Positions 9,524 to 19,847 of a stretch of DNA of 38,987 nt are shown one piece after another; positions within the stretch are counted from its first letter, which is position 1; each line of letters opens with the position of its first letter. The position numbers were made by a program, and so were the translations under genes. A model generated the notes under the pieces. The model was not told the origin of the DNA, searched no databases, and was given only the letters and a program-made list of their open reading frames with translations. The stretch lies in NCBI GenBank assembly GCA_945889545.1, contig CAMDCC010000001.1, positions 1 to 38,987 on the forward strand. The letters run 5' to 3'. Source of the DNA: Bifidobacterium breve (GTDB lineage: Bacteria; Actinomycetota; Acidimicrobiia; IMCC26256; PALSA-555).

Positions 9524-9613
9524 CTACTCCCCGCTCTCGGCGCCTACGGCGCCGGGCCGCTTGGCCCCGGCTCGGGCGGCGCAGAATACCTGCGCCACTT
9601 CCCCTCGCCTCAT
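9524..9613 (-). CDS. Candidate bridging micro-ORF (29 codons) in the nuoM1-nuoN1 spacer
   Basis: Its ATG overlaps the nuoM1 stop (gATGAgg). The open frame MRRGEVAQVFCAARAGAKRPGAVGAESGE ends at TAG, 4 nt before the nuoN1 GTG. There is no homology evidence. Confidence 0.2.
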   Translation of the reverse strand: MRRGEVAQVFCAARAGAKRPGAVGAESGE

Positions 9614-11160
9614 CCCCCGAAGACCTTCGAGATGGGGCCGATCGCACCGTCGGTGACATCGAAGAGGAAGTTCGGGTAGATGCCGAGCACCACGATCAGC
9701 AGGAGGAGTGGCGTCCATGCGAGCCACTCCGACGTGTGCACATCGTGGATGTGGGCGTTCTCGAACTCGGCCTTCGGCGCGCCGAACGCGACGCGCTGCA
9801 ACATCAGCAAGAGGTAGCCCGCGGCCAGCACGGTGCCGATGGCGGCGATGACCATGAACGTTCGGAACGTCCAGAGCGTGCCGCCGCTCCCGCCCACGAG
9901 GCCGTCGATCACCTTGGCCGGGTTGTACGCCGAGAGGATCGCCGGGAACTCACCCCAGAAGCCGGCAAGACCGGGCAGGCCGAGCGACGCCATCGCGGTG
10001 AAGCCGAGGATCCACCCGAGCTTCGGTGCCTGGGTGAGGAGGCCGCCCAACCGGCTCATCTCGCGCGTCTCGTAGCGCTCCTGCACCGATCCGGCGACGA
10101 AGAAGAGCATGCCGGTGATCAGACCGTGCGCAACCATGCCGAACACCGCGGCGTTGAGGCCGAAGTCGGTGAGCGTGGCGATACCGAGCATGACGAAGCC
10201 CATGTGAGCCACCGACGAGAACGCGATAAGCCGTTTCATGTCGGTCTGCGCGAGACAGCACAGCGCGCCGTAGATGATCCCGATCGTTGCCAACAGGCCG
10301 ATCCACGGCGCCCAGTCGGCCGCCGCATCCGGCAGCAACGGCAGTGCGATCCGGATGAAGCCGTAAGTCCCGAGCTTCAGGAGGATGGCAGCCAGCAGCA
10401 CCGAGCCGACGGTCGGAGCTTCCGTGTGCGCGTCGGGCAGCCAGGTGTGGAACGGGAACATCGGCACCTTGATCGCGAAGCCGAGGAACATGCCACCGAA
10501 GATCAGCATCTGCGTCGAATGAGTGATGCCATCTCCGCCGAGCTGCCCGAGCTTCACGATGTCGAACGTCTGCTCCTTCGACACGAAGAAGAGCGCGAGG
10601 AAGCCCACGAGCATGAGCGCAGAACCGAAGAGGGTGAACAGGAAGAACTTGATGGACGCGTACGCGCGGTTCGGCCCACCCCACACCATGATCATGAAGA
10701 ACATCGGGAGCAGCACGACCTCGAAGAAGATGAAGAACAAGATGAGGTCTTGCGCGACGAACGTGCCGTTCATCCCCACCTCGAGCAGCAGCACGAGGGC
10801 GAGGAACGCCTTCGGGTTGCGCGGCTCGGGGAAGTGGTTCCACGAGTAGATGATGCAGCACACCACCACAAGGGCCGAGAGGATGAGCAGCGGCAGTGAG
10901 ATGCCGTCGATGCCGACGTGGAACCGGCTCTTGATCACGTCGATCCACGACTCGTTGGCTTGGAACTGGAGCTTTCCACCGGCGTCGTAGTCGAAGTCGA
11001 CAGCAATGCCCACGCCGACGCCCAGGGTGACGAGGGACGTGAGGAGCGCCGTCCACTTGATCGCCTGCTCCTGCGCTCGTGGGATGACCAGCAAAAGCGC
11101 CATGCCGACGAGCGGGATGAAGACCATCAAGGTCAACGCCCAGTCATCGAACCAATTCAT
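9610..11160 (-). CDS. nuoM: NADH-quinone oxidoreductase subunit M (operon 1)
   Basis: 516 aa, ND4/NuoM-like (FPFHTWLPDAHTEAPTVGSVLLA). Confidence 0.93.
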   Translation of the reverse strand: MNWFDDWALTLMVFIPLVGMALLLVIPRAQEQAIKWTALLTSLVTLGVGVGIAVDFDYDAGGKLQFQANESWIDVIKSRFHVGIDGISLPLLILSALVVVCCIIYSWNHFPEPRNPKAFLALVLLLEVGMNGTFVAQDLILFFIFFEVVLLPMFFMIMVWGGPNRAYASIKFFLFTLFGSALMLVGFLALFFVSKEQTFDIVKLGQLGGDGITHSTQMLIFGGMFLGFAIKVPMFPFHTWLPDAHTEAPTVGSVLLAAILLKLGTYGFIRIALPLLPDAAADWAPWIGLLATIGIIYGALCCLAQTDMKRLIAFSSVAHMGFVMLGIATLTDFGLNAAVFGMVAHGLITGMLFFVAGSVQERYETREMSRLGGLLTQAPKLGWILGFTAMASLGLPGLAGFWGEFPAILSAYNPAKVIDGLVGGSGGTLWTFRTFMVIAAIGTVLAAGYLLLMLQRVAFGAPKAEFENAHIHDVHTSEWLAWTPLLLLIVVLGIYPNFLFDVTDGAIGPISKVFGG

Positions 11161-11175
11161 GTCTTGGTGCTCCCC

Positions 11176-13236
<2,061 letters not shown>

Positions 13237-13241
13237 CGCCG

Positions 13242-13541
13242 TCAGCCCTTCAACTCGTCGATCTTGTCGAGATCGGGGCTCTTCAGGTTGCGGTAGATCA
13301 GCAACACGATGGCGAGCCCGACACCGACTTCAGCAGCGGCGATGGTGATCACGAACAAGGCGAAGATCTGACCGCTCACGCTGTGGTTGAGCGCAGAGAA
13401 CGCGATCAGATTGATGCTCACTGCGTTCAGCATGAGCTCCACGCTCATCAGCACGAGCACACCGTTCTTGCGCGCCAGCACGCCGTACACGCCGACGCAG
13501 AACAAGAACGCGGAGAGGATGAGGAAGTAGTTGAGCTCCAT
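13242..13541 (-). CDS. nuoK: NADH-quinone oxidoreductase subunit K (operon 1)
   Basis: Last 99 codons of track ORF 13242..14210: MELNYFLIL...SVELMLNAV...[11 protein letters not shown], an ND4L/NuoK. Its ATG overlaps the nuoJ1 stop (ATGA). Confidence 0.9.
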   Translation of the reverse strand: MELNYFLILSAFLFCVGVYGVLARKNGVLVLMSVELMLNAVSINLIAFSALNHSVSGQIFALFVITIAAAEVGVGLAIVLLIYRNLKSPDLDKIDELKG

Positions 13542-14047
13542 CAGTCCCTCCGCGCCAGCACGACCGCGCCCACGAGCGCACCGAGCAGCAGCATGGAGAC
13601 CACTTCGAACGGCACCAGGTACTGGCGGAAGAGGGTGTCGCCGACGGTTCCGGTCTTGCCCTGCTCCACGAGCGCATCCGTGAAGTGGATGTTCTTGCCG
13701 CCGAACGCATCCACGAGGAGCGCTACCAGCACTCCCAACACGAAGAGCGCGACGACCGCCGCGCCCCAACGCTGGTCGTTGTCGAGCTGTCCGGGCTCGC
13801 CGCCCATCGGCGCACGCGTGAGCATGATGCCGAACAGGAACAGGATCACGACCGCGCCGATGTAGATCAGCACCTGCACCCAGGCCACGAACTCGGCCAC
13901 CAGGAGGATGTACAGCGCAGCCGCGCCCGCGAGGACCACCACCAAGAACAGCGCTGCGTGCACGATGTTGCGCGAACGGACAACACCGATCGACGCCGCA
14001 GCCATCGCGAGGGCGATGATCCAGAAGGCAACGTCCTGCTCCCACAT
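13541..14047 (-). CDS. nuoJ: NADH-quinone oxidoreductase subunit J (operon 1)
   Basis: 168-aa hydrophobic protein with ND6/NuoJ-like position and pattern. Confidence 0.88.
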   Translation of the reverse strand: MWEQDVAFWIIALAMAAASIGVVRSRNIVHAALFLVVVLAGAAALYILLVAEFVAWVQVLIYIGAVVILFLFGIMLTRAPMGGEPGQLDNDQRWGAAVVALFVLGVLVALLVDAFGGKNIHFTDALVEQGKTGTVGDTLFRQYLVPFEVVSMLLLGALVGAVVLARRD

Positions 14048-14053
14048 GGCCGG

Positions 14054-14527
14054 CTACTTCTTCCCGCTTTGGGCGCCGGCTTCGAGGGGTTCGGGTTCGG
14101 GAACCGTCTCCATCCACTCGCCGAGCTTCGCCTTGTCGTGCAGGAGGTTGGCGATCGAGAACTCCGAGTACTCGTACTCGGGGCTCCAAAAGATGGCGTC
14201 GAAGGGGCACACCTCGACGCAGATGCCGCAGTACATACAGAGCGCGTAGTCGATATCGAACCGATCGAGCACGCTGACCGAGCGCGGGCGCCCACCCTCA
14301 CGACGGGGCGGACGCTGCTCCTTGTGGCCTTCGATGTAGATGCACCAGTCGGGACACGACCGCACGCACAGCATGCAGACCGTGCAGTTCTCTTCTTTGA
14401 GCGCGATGACGCCGCGGGCGCGCGGCGCGACCGCTTCCTTCTCATGCGGGTACTGCACCGTGACGGCCGGCTTGAGCATCGTCTTGAACGTGACGCCCAA
14501 CCCCTTGAGCAACCCAGGAGGTTTCAC
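14054..14527 (-). CDS. nuoI: NADH-quinone oxidoreductase subunit I (operon 1)
   Basis: 157 aa with two CxxCxxCxxxCP motifs ([24 protein letters not shown]). GTG start behind a strong GGAGGAGGTGG RBS. Confidence 0.92.
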   Translation of the reverse strand: MKPPGLLKGLGVTFKTMLKPAVTVQYPHEKEAVAPRARGVIALKEENCTVCMLCVRSCPDWCIYIEGHKEQRPPRREGGRPRSVSVLDRFDIDYALCMYCGICVEVCPFDAIFWSPEYEYSEFSIANLLHDKAKLGEWMETVPEPEPLEAGAQSGKK

Positions 14528-14610
14528 AAGGCCACCTCCTCCATTGGCTCGCTCCCTACATTGCGCGGGGAGACCCGGATCAAGCCCGGTCGCTCGCGGT
14601 GGCCAGCCAT
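14524..14610 (-). CDS. Candidate bridging micro-ORF (28 codons) in the nuoH1-nuoI1 spacer
   Basis: Its ATG shares the A of the nuoH1 TGA (tTGATGg). The frame [28 protein letters not shown] ends at a TGA that overlaps the nuoI1 GTG start (GTGA). There is no homology evidence. Confidence 0.25.
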   Translation of the reverse strand: MAGHRERPGLIRVSPRNVGSEPMEEVAL

Positions 14611-15650
14611 CAGAAGGCCACTTTGAGAGCGCCGGTCACGAGGATGTTGGCGAAACCGATCGGGATGAGGAACTTCCACGCGAGCGCCTGGAGCTGGTCT
14701 TCTCGCAGGCGTGGGTACGTGAAGCGCACCCAGAACATGAGGAAGGCCACGAGCATGAGCTTCGCAAACAGCACGAACGGTCCGAGGATGTTCGCCCAGT
14801 CACCGTCGACGCCCGGGATCGACCAGCCACCGAGGAACAACGTGGCCGCAAGCGCCGCGAACCCGAACGCTGTGCCGAACTCGCCGATGAAGAAGAAGAG
14901 GAAACGAAAGCCCGTGTACTCGACCATGTATCCGGATACGAGCTCGCTCTCGGCGACGGGCATGTCGAACGGGGTCTGGGTGAGCTCGGCTTGCGCGGCC
15001 ACGAGGAACAGGGCGAAGCCCACGAACTGGGTGAGGATGAACGGGTTCCCGATGAAGTCCCAGCCGAAGATCTCGCCGTTCTGCTGCGAGAACACGATGC
15101 CCTGCAAGCTCATCGTGCCCGCCTGAATGACCACACCGACGACGGCGAGCAGCAACGGCAGCTCGTAGGCAATGAGCTGCGCGGCCGCGCGCAGTGCGCC
15201 GAGCAACGCGAACTTGTTGGCACTCGCCCACCCGGCCATCAACACGCCGATGACCGAGAGGCTCGACACTGCCAGCGCGTAGAACACGCCGACGTCGAGG
15301 TTCTTCACCACGAGGTCGGGCCCCATCGGGATCACCGCGAACACGAGGAACGTAGAGAGCACGACCACAGCCGGCGCGGCGGCGAACACCCGCCGGTCGG
15401 CCTTCGCGGGCATCACGTCTTCCTTCTGGAGGAACTTGAGGCCGTCGCCCACGAGCTGGTACCAGCCGTGGAAACCACCGGGGTCCATCGGACCGAGCCG
15501 GCTCTGCATGTGGCTCATGATCTTGAGCAGGAACACGTACCCGAGGATCAGCGCGCCGGCCGGGATGATCGCGAGCACGACGAGCGTCTTGATCGCCATC
15601 GTGGTGCCCCAGCCCAATTCCAAAGCGAATGGAGAGAGGGAGGCGATCAT
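14610..15650 (-). CDS. nuoH: NADH-quinone oxidoreductase subunit H (operon 1)
   Basis: ND1/NuoH-like ([31 protein letters not shown]). The start was set at Met28 of the track ORF, where its ATG overlaps the nuoD1 stop (ATGA). Confidence 0.9.
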   Translation of the reverse strand: MIASLSPFALELGWGTTMAIKTLVVLAIIPAGALILGYVFLLKIMSHMQSRLGPMDPGGFHGWYQLVGDGLKFLQKEDVMPAKADRRVFAAAPAVVVLSTFLVFAVIPMGPDLVVKNLDVGVFYALAVSSLSVIGVLMAGWASANKFALLGALRAAAQLIAYELPLLLAVVGVVIQAGTMSLQGIVFSQQNGEIFGWDFIGNPFILTQFVGFALFLVAAQAELTQTPFDMPVAESELVSGYMVEYTGFRFLFFFIGEFGTAFGFAALAATLFLGGWSIPGVDGDWANILGPFVLFAKLMLVAFLMFWVRFTYPRLREDQLQALAWKFLIPIGFANILVTGALKVAF

Positions 15651-16810
15651 CGGTCGATGTCCCCGAGAATGAAGTACAGGCTCGCGAGGATCGTGATCAC
15701 GTCGGGCACGTACACACCCTGCAACAACCACGGCAGGATCGACACGTTGCTGAACGACGCGGAGCGGATCTTCACGCGGAACGGGCCGGTCGCGCCCTTC
15801 GAGATCACGTAGTACGCCATCTGGCCGAGCGGGTTCTCGGTCTCGACCCAGACCTCGCCCTCAGGCACCTTGATGATGCGCGGCACCTTGGCCATGATCG
15901 GACCGGACGGCATGCCTTCGAGACACTGGAGCACCATTCGCGCCGACTCGCGTGTCTCCTGGAGCCGCACCCAGTAACGCGCGTACGAGTCGCCGTCGGT
16001 GTGCGTCCACACCTTGAAGTCGAGCTCCGGGTACACGAGATACGGCTTGCCATCGCGCCGCAGGTCCCAGTCGACACCCGACGCGCGGATGTTGGATCCC
16101 GAGACGCCGTACGAGGTGCCAACGTCGCCGGGGATGATGCCGATGCCCTTCGTGCGCGCGCCGAAGATCTCGTTGCCGAGCACGAGGTCTTCGAACTGGT
16201 CACACGCGTCGAGAACGATCTTCATCGTGGCGCGGGTCTCGGCGATCCAGCCCCAGGGCACGTCGTCCTTGAGGCCACCGATGCGGTTGAAGTTGGGATG
16301 GAACCGCCCGCCGGTCGCCGCCTCGATCAGGTTCAGCACGTGCTCGCGATCTCGGAAGCCATAGAACGCGGGCGTGAGCGCGCCGACCTGGAGGCCCATC
16401 TCGCCGAGGAACAACAGGAACGTGGCGATGCGCGAGAGCTCGGTCAGCGTGGTGCGGATCCACTGCGCACGCGGCGGCGCCTCCACACCCATGAGCTTCT
16501 CGGCCGCGTCCATGAACGGGACTTCGTTGGCGAAGCTCGAGAGCCAGTCGATCCGGTTGATGAGCGTGGTGACCTGTGGGTACGTGCGGAACTCGGTGAG
16601 CTTCTCGTAGCCGCGGTGCATGTACCCGATCACCGGGTCGGCGGCGAGCACACGCTCGCCGTCGAGCCGCACCACGAGGCGCAGCGTTCCGTGGGTGGCC
16701 GGGTGCTGCGGGCCGAGGTTCAGGATCATGTCGCCGGTGTCGAGCTCGACATTCATCTGGGCATCAGCCAGATGACGAAGCGCACCCGGATCGAGCTGGA
16801 TGTCAGTCAT
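15647..16810 (-). CDS. nuoD: NADH-quinone oxidoreductase subunit D (operon 1)
   Basis: 387 aa with NLGPQHPATHG, IGYMHRGYEK and C-terminal ILGDIDR, a 49-kDa/NuoD family protein. Confidence 0.93.
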   Translation of the reverse strand: MTDIQLDPGALRHLADAQMNVELDTGDMILNLGPQHPATHGTLRLVVRLDGERVLAADPVIGYMHRGYEKLTEFRTYPQVTTLINRIDWLSSFANEVPFMDAAEKLMGVEAPPRAQWIRTTLTELSRIATFLLFLGEMGLQVGALTPAFYGFRDREHVLNLIEAATGGRFHPNFNRIGGLKDDVPWGWIAETRATMKIVLDACDQFEDLVLGNEIFGARTKGIGIIPGDVGTSYGVSGSNIRASGVDWDLRRDGKPYLVYPELDFKVWTHTDGDSYARYWVRLQETRESARMVLQCLEGMPSGPIMAKVPRIIKVPEGEVWVETENPLGQMAYYVISKGATGPFRVKIRSASFSNVSILPWLLQGVYVPDVITILASLYFILGDIDR

Positions 16811-17631
16811 CAGGCATCACCGCCCGCAGCGGCTGTCGCTTCGGCCGCCTCGGCCGCTTCGGCGGGTTCTTCCGGCTCGCCGGGCATGGGCTCCACGTCG
16901 ACGAGGCCGGGCCACGGCTTCACGACGCGCGCGAGCAGCGCGAAGTCTTTGCGCAGCGGGTGCCCTTCGAACTCGAATGGCAGGAAGAGATGGCGCAGGT
17001 TGGGATGGCCATCGAACGTGATGCCATACATCTCCCAGCACTCACGCTCGTGCCAGTCGGCGCCCGGGTACTCCGACACCCACGACTCGACGCGCGGGTC
17101 GGCGTCGTCGACATCGGTCTTGAACGTGAGTCCCCAGTGCTTGGTACTCGATTGCACGTGCGCGAACACCTGGAACCGGCCGGCCGACCCGGCCGCGCCG
17201 AACGTCATCTCCGTGGGCTGCACCGGCGCCGAGGTATCACCGCCTTCTTCGGTGCCTTCGCGCGGCGCCGGCTGCCAGTCGATGCCGGCGATGAACGAGA
17301 GGTAGTCACACGCGAGGTGGCTCTTCGCAACCACGGCGGCCTGCCGCCACTGCGTGTTCGCGACGCGCACCACGAGCCCGCCGAGCGCGTCGGCCGTCTC
17401 GATGATGGAGCTGTCGTCGAGTCCACCGTCGCGCAAGAGCGCAAGCAGCTCTTCATGCACCGGATTCGGCTCGGGCGGCGCTTCAACTTCAGTTTCGGGC
17501 GCGGCCGCTTCAGCCGCGGCAGCCTCGTCCGGCGCGGCAGCCTCGTCCGGCGCGGCAGCCTCGTCCGGTGCGTCAGGCGCGGGTGTCTCGTCAGCCAACG
17601 GAGGCTCCGGTCGGAGCATCGTGCACGGCAC
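16810..17631 (-). CDS. nuoC: NADH-quinone oxidoreductase subunit C (operon 1) with low-complexity N- and C-terminal tails
   Basis: 30-kDa/NuoC core ([35 protein letters not shown]). The N-terminus carries APDEAAA repeats and the C-terminus an EAAEAAEA tail. The start is uncertain (ATG 17631 or 17619, or TTG 17598), and all candidates overlap the nuoB1 end. Confidence 0.85.
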   Translation of the reverse strand: MPCTMLRPEPPLADETPAPDAPDEAAAPDEAAAPDEAAAAEAAAPETEVEAPPEPNPVHEELLALLRDGGLDDSSIIETADALGGLVVRVANTQWRQAAVVAKSHLACDYLSFIAGIDWQPAPREGTEEGGDTSAPVQPTEMTFGAAGSAGRFQVFAHVQSSTKHWGLTFKTDVDDADPRVESWVSEYPGADWHERECWEMYGITFDGHPNLRHLFLPFEFEGHPLRKDFALLARVVKPWPGLVDVEPMPGEPEEPAEAAEAAEATAAAGGDA

Positions 17632-18166
17632 CCATCAGCGCGCCGCCACCGAGTGCTTCACCGTTGGGCTGGCCGCGCCAGCGGCGGGCGAGCTCGTCGT
17701 TGCCCATCCCCTCGTTCTGGATGCGCTCCTGGAGGAGCACGATGCCCTGCAGCAACGCTTCGGGCCGCGGCGGACATCCGGGGATGTACACGTCGACGGG
17801 GATGATCTGATCGACACCCTTGGTGACCGAGTACGAATCCCAGTAGGGGCCGCCGCAGTTGGCGCATGCGCCCATCGAGATCACGTACTTCGGGTCGGGC
17901 ATCTGCTCGTAGAGCCGCTTGATCGCGGGCGCCATCTTGTCGGTGACCGTGCCGGAGATCACCACGAGGTCGGCCTGGCGCGGGCTTGCGGGGAACGGGA
18001 TGACGCCGAGGCGCATCATGTCGTAGCGCGGGCTGGCAAGCGCGGCACCCATCTCGATCGCGCAGCACGCGAGCCCCCACTGGAACATCCAGAGCGAGTA
18101 CTTGCGGCTGTAGTTGAGGAGCCAAGTCAGCGGCTTCGGCAGCTTGCCGTTCTCGACTAAGCCCAC
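17591..18166 (-). CDS. nuoB: NADH-quinone oxidoreductase subunit B (operon 1)
   Basis: 191 aa. [19 protein letters not shown] and PGCPPRPE supply the N2 cluster ligands. GTG start 6 nt after GGGAG. It has a ~35-aa C-terminal extension. Confidence 0.92.
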   Translation of the reverse strand: MGLVENGKLPKPLTWLLNYSRKYSLWMFQWGLACCAIEMGAALASPRYDMMRLGVIPFPASPRQADLVVISGTVTDKMAPAIKRLYEQMPDPKYVISMGACANCGGPYWDSYSVTKGVDQIIPVDVYIPGCPPRPEALLQGIVLLQERIQNEGMGNDELARRWRGQPNGEALGGGALMGAVHDAPTGASVG

Positions 18167-18303
18167 CGCAGCACTCCCTCTCCATTGGGTCGTGCTACTG
18201 GCCAGCTGTGTGCGGCACGCGTCGCGGTCATGCCCACCGCAGCACTCCCTGCACCATTGGGTCGTGCTACTGGCCAGCTGTGTGCGATACGCATCGCGTT
18301 CAT
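18157..18303 (-). CDS. Candidate bridging micro-ORF (48 codons) encoded by the nuoA1-nuoB1 tandem repeat
   Basis: Its ATG overlaps the nuoA1 stop (gcATGAac). The frame [48 protein letters not shown] ends at a TAG lying inside codons 2-3 of nuoB1. The peptide is itself a two-fold repeat. There is no homology evidence. Confidence 0.2.
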   Translation of the reverse strand: MNAMRIAHSWPVARPNGAGSAAVGMTATRAAHSWPVARPNGEGVLRWA

Positions 18304-18323
18304 GCCCACCGCAGCACTCCCTT
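18158..18323. repeat. 71/72-bp tandem direct repeat (2 full units plus an 18-nt partial unit inside the nuoA1 3' end)
   Basis: Units start at 18162, 18233 and 18305 with CCCACCGCAGCACTCCCT. By hand alignment the two full units differ by 6 substitutions and 1 indel. Confidence 0.9.
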
Positions 18324-18692
18324 TCTCCAGGCGTAGACGAGACCGAGGGCGAGCAAGAGGATGAACACCGTCATCTCGACGACGCCGAAGACCCCAAGCC
18401 CGCCAACTGTGGTTCCGTTCACGACCACCGGATCGAGCGAGACGGCCCACGGGAAGATGAACACCGCTTCCACGTCGAACATCAAGAAGAGCAGCGCGTA
18501 GATGAAGTAACGAACGTTCGACTGACCCCAGCCGGCGACGGGATCGGAACCGGATTCGTAGGTGACGTACTTCTCCGGCTGCGGTCGGGTGGGACGGATC
18601 AGCCGACCGGCGCCGAGCATCGCACCGACCATGAGCAGCGCCGCACCGATGAGGACGGCCACCGCGAGGTAGTTCCGGTAGAACTCCGTCAA
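18300..18692 (-). CDS. nuoA: NADH-quinone oxidoreductase subunit A (operon 1)
   Basis: C-terminal 130 codons of track ORF 18300..19826. TTG start behind a [20 protein letters not shown]...[23 protein letters not shown] identifies it as ND3/NuoA. Confidence 0.85.
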   Translation of the reverse strand: MTEFYRNYLAVAVLIGAALLMVGAMLGAGRLIRPTRPQPEKYVTYESGSDPVAGWGQSNVRYFIYALLFLMFDVEAVFIFPWAVSLDPVVVNGTTVGGLGVFGVVEMTVFILLLALGLVYAWRKGVLRWA

Positions 18693-18789
18693 CCGACTCT
18701 CCGCCCTCTCACGCGTTCCCCCGGGCCCTGGACCGCGGCAGCCTATCTGCGGCCGTTCCCGCCACAGCAAATTGTCTCGCTCGTTTCGC

Positions 18790-18827
18790 GCCGCGGCGCC
18801 GGAGGCGCTCGCCAGGGAGCGAACGGT
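18790..18827. promoter_or_regulatory. 38-nt conserved element, copy 1 (between nuoA1 and the patatin gene)
   Basis: GCCGCGGCGCCGGAGGCGCTCGCCAGGGAGCGAACGGT is 33/38 identical to 38668..38705. Its core is the imperfect palindrome GCTCGC-CAGGGA-GCGA(A/G)C. Confidence 0.4.
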
Positions 18828-18866
18828 GTGACCGAAACGAGGCGAGGAACCGCAGGAGCGAAGGCA

Positions 18867-19790
18867 GTGAGCGACCGCGGGAATTTGCGCGACGATCAGG
18901 GGGTGACGAGCATCTTGCGGCCCATCCGGGCCCGGAGCGAGCCGCTCACGGCGTTCGTGCTTTCGGGCGGCGCCAACCAGGGCATCGGCCAGGTCGGGAT
19001 GCTGCGCGCACTGCTCGAGCGGGGGATCGTGCCCGACGTGCTCATCGGCACATCGGCGGGGGCGCTCAACGCCGCGGCCATCGCAACATCGCCGACGATG
19101 GAGAAGGTCGACCACCTCGAGAAGACGTGGGTGAGCCTCACGGGCGAGGACGTGTTCCCCGGAGGCACCCTGCGGCGCGCCTGGAACATCCTTCGGCGCG
19201 ACGACCACCTGATCCCGAACCGGGGGCTTGCCCACGTCATCGAGCGGGCCGAGGTGGCGCCCACCTTCAACGACCTCCAGCTGCCACTGCGAGTCATCAC
19301 GACCGATCTCATGACCGGCGACGAGATCGTGATCGTCAGTGGCGCGCTCCCGCCGGCGCTGCTCGCAAGCGCGGCGCTGCCAGGGATCTTCCCGCCGGTG
19401 CCGCTCAACGGACACATCCTCGTCGACGGTGCCGTCGTGAACCTCGTGCCGATCTCGCATGCGATCTCCGGGCCGATTGATCGGATCTTCGTGCTCGACG
19501 TGTCCGATCCGATCAACGACCGCCAGATCCGATCGCCCCTCGACGTGTTGATCCGCGCCTTCGGGATCTCGCGCGACCTCCGGCTCGAGCTCGAGCTCCA
19601 GTGGGTGCCGAAAGACATCGAGCTCGTCGTGCTCCCACCACCCGACGACAACCGCGACGTCTTCGACTTCTCCGGCGGTCAGCGCATCGTCGACGAGGCG
19701 TACGAACGCGCGTCCGCAGCTCTCGACGACCTCGAGCAGCGCCCCGGGCTTCAACGCCTGCGCCGTTGGTGGAAACGCCGCGCGAGCTAA
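18867..19790 (+). CDS. Patatin-like phospholipase (RssA/NTE-type)
   Basis: C-terminal part of track ORF 18114..19790. Contains the oxyanion loop SGGANQG, the nucleophile elbow GTSAG and the catalytic Asp in VDGAV. GTG start 18867 behind GGAGCGAAGG, or alternatively GTG 18903. Confidence 0.8.
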   Translation: MSDRGNLRDDQGVTSILRPIRARSEPLTAFVLSGGANQGIGQVGMLRALLERGIVPDVLIGTSAGALNAAAIATSPTMEKVDHLEKTWVSLTGEDVFPGGTLRRAWNILRRDDHLIPNRGLAHVIERAEVAPTFNDLQLPLRVITTDLMTGDEIVIVSGALPPALLASAALPGIFPPVPLNGHILVDGAVVNLVPISHAISGPIDRIFVLDVSDPINDRQIRSPLDVLIRAFGISRDLRLELELQWVPKDIELVVLPPPDDNRDVFDFSGGQRIVDEAYERASAALDDLEQRPGLQRLRRWWKRRAS

Positions 19791-19796
19791 CGCCTG

Positions 19797-19844
19797 TTCT
19801 CGGGTAAGAAACGGGTGCTGGGGCACCGGGTTCTTCCCCGAGAA
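19797..19844. terminator. Long imperfect hairpin between the convergent patatin and cyclase genes (probable bidirectional terminator)
   Basis: Outer stem is TTCTCGGG...CCCGAGAA (8 bp). Inner stem is GAAACGGGTGC/GCACCGGGTTC (9 of 11 pairs). It occupies nearly the whole 57-nt spacer. Confidence 0.45.
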
Positions 19845-19847
19845 GGA

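Noticed and set aside
6979-10899. 1306-aa plus-strand ORF, the longest in the track
   Set aside because: It lies antisense to the methyltransferase, nuoN1 and nuoM1, all of which have clear family signatures. Its translation is Arg/His/Asp/Glu-rich low complexity, typical of stop-free antisense frames in high-GC DNA.
18158-18323. Possible CRISPR array, because of the regularly spaced repeats
   Set aside because: There are only 2 full contiguous units plus an 18-nt partial, with no unique spacers between them. The units are 71-72 bp. It lies inside an operon and no cas genes are present in the window.
18693-18866. Rex-type operator (TTGTGAA-N6-TTCACAA), which is known upstream of nuo operons in some actinobacteria
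   Set aside because: Only isolated half-site-like strings are present (TGTGAC at about 18826, TTCACC at about 38703). No dyad with the right spacing occurs in either nuo upstream region.
18693-19826. Long N-terminal extension of the ORF that ends in nuoA1 (508 aa in the track)
   Set aside because: Only the last 130 codons resemble ND3/NuoA. The extension is antisense to the well-supported patatin gene, and a TTG with a good RBS sits at the expected NuoA N-terminus. The 5' ORF extensions of nuoG2 (32453-32893), nuoM2, nuoE2, nuoI2, nuoH1, nuoK1/K2 and nuoA2 were trimmed on the same logic, using stop/start overlaps with the upstream gene.
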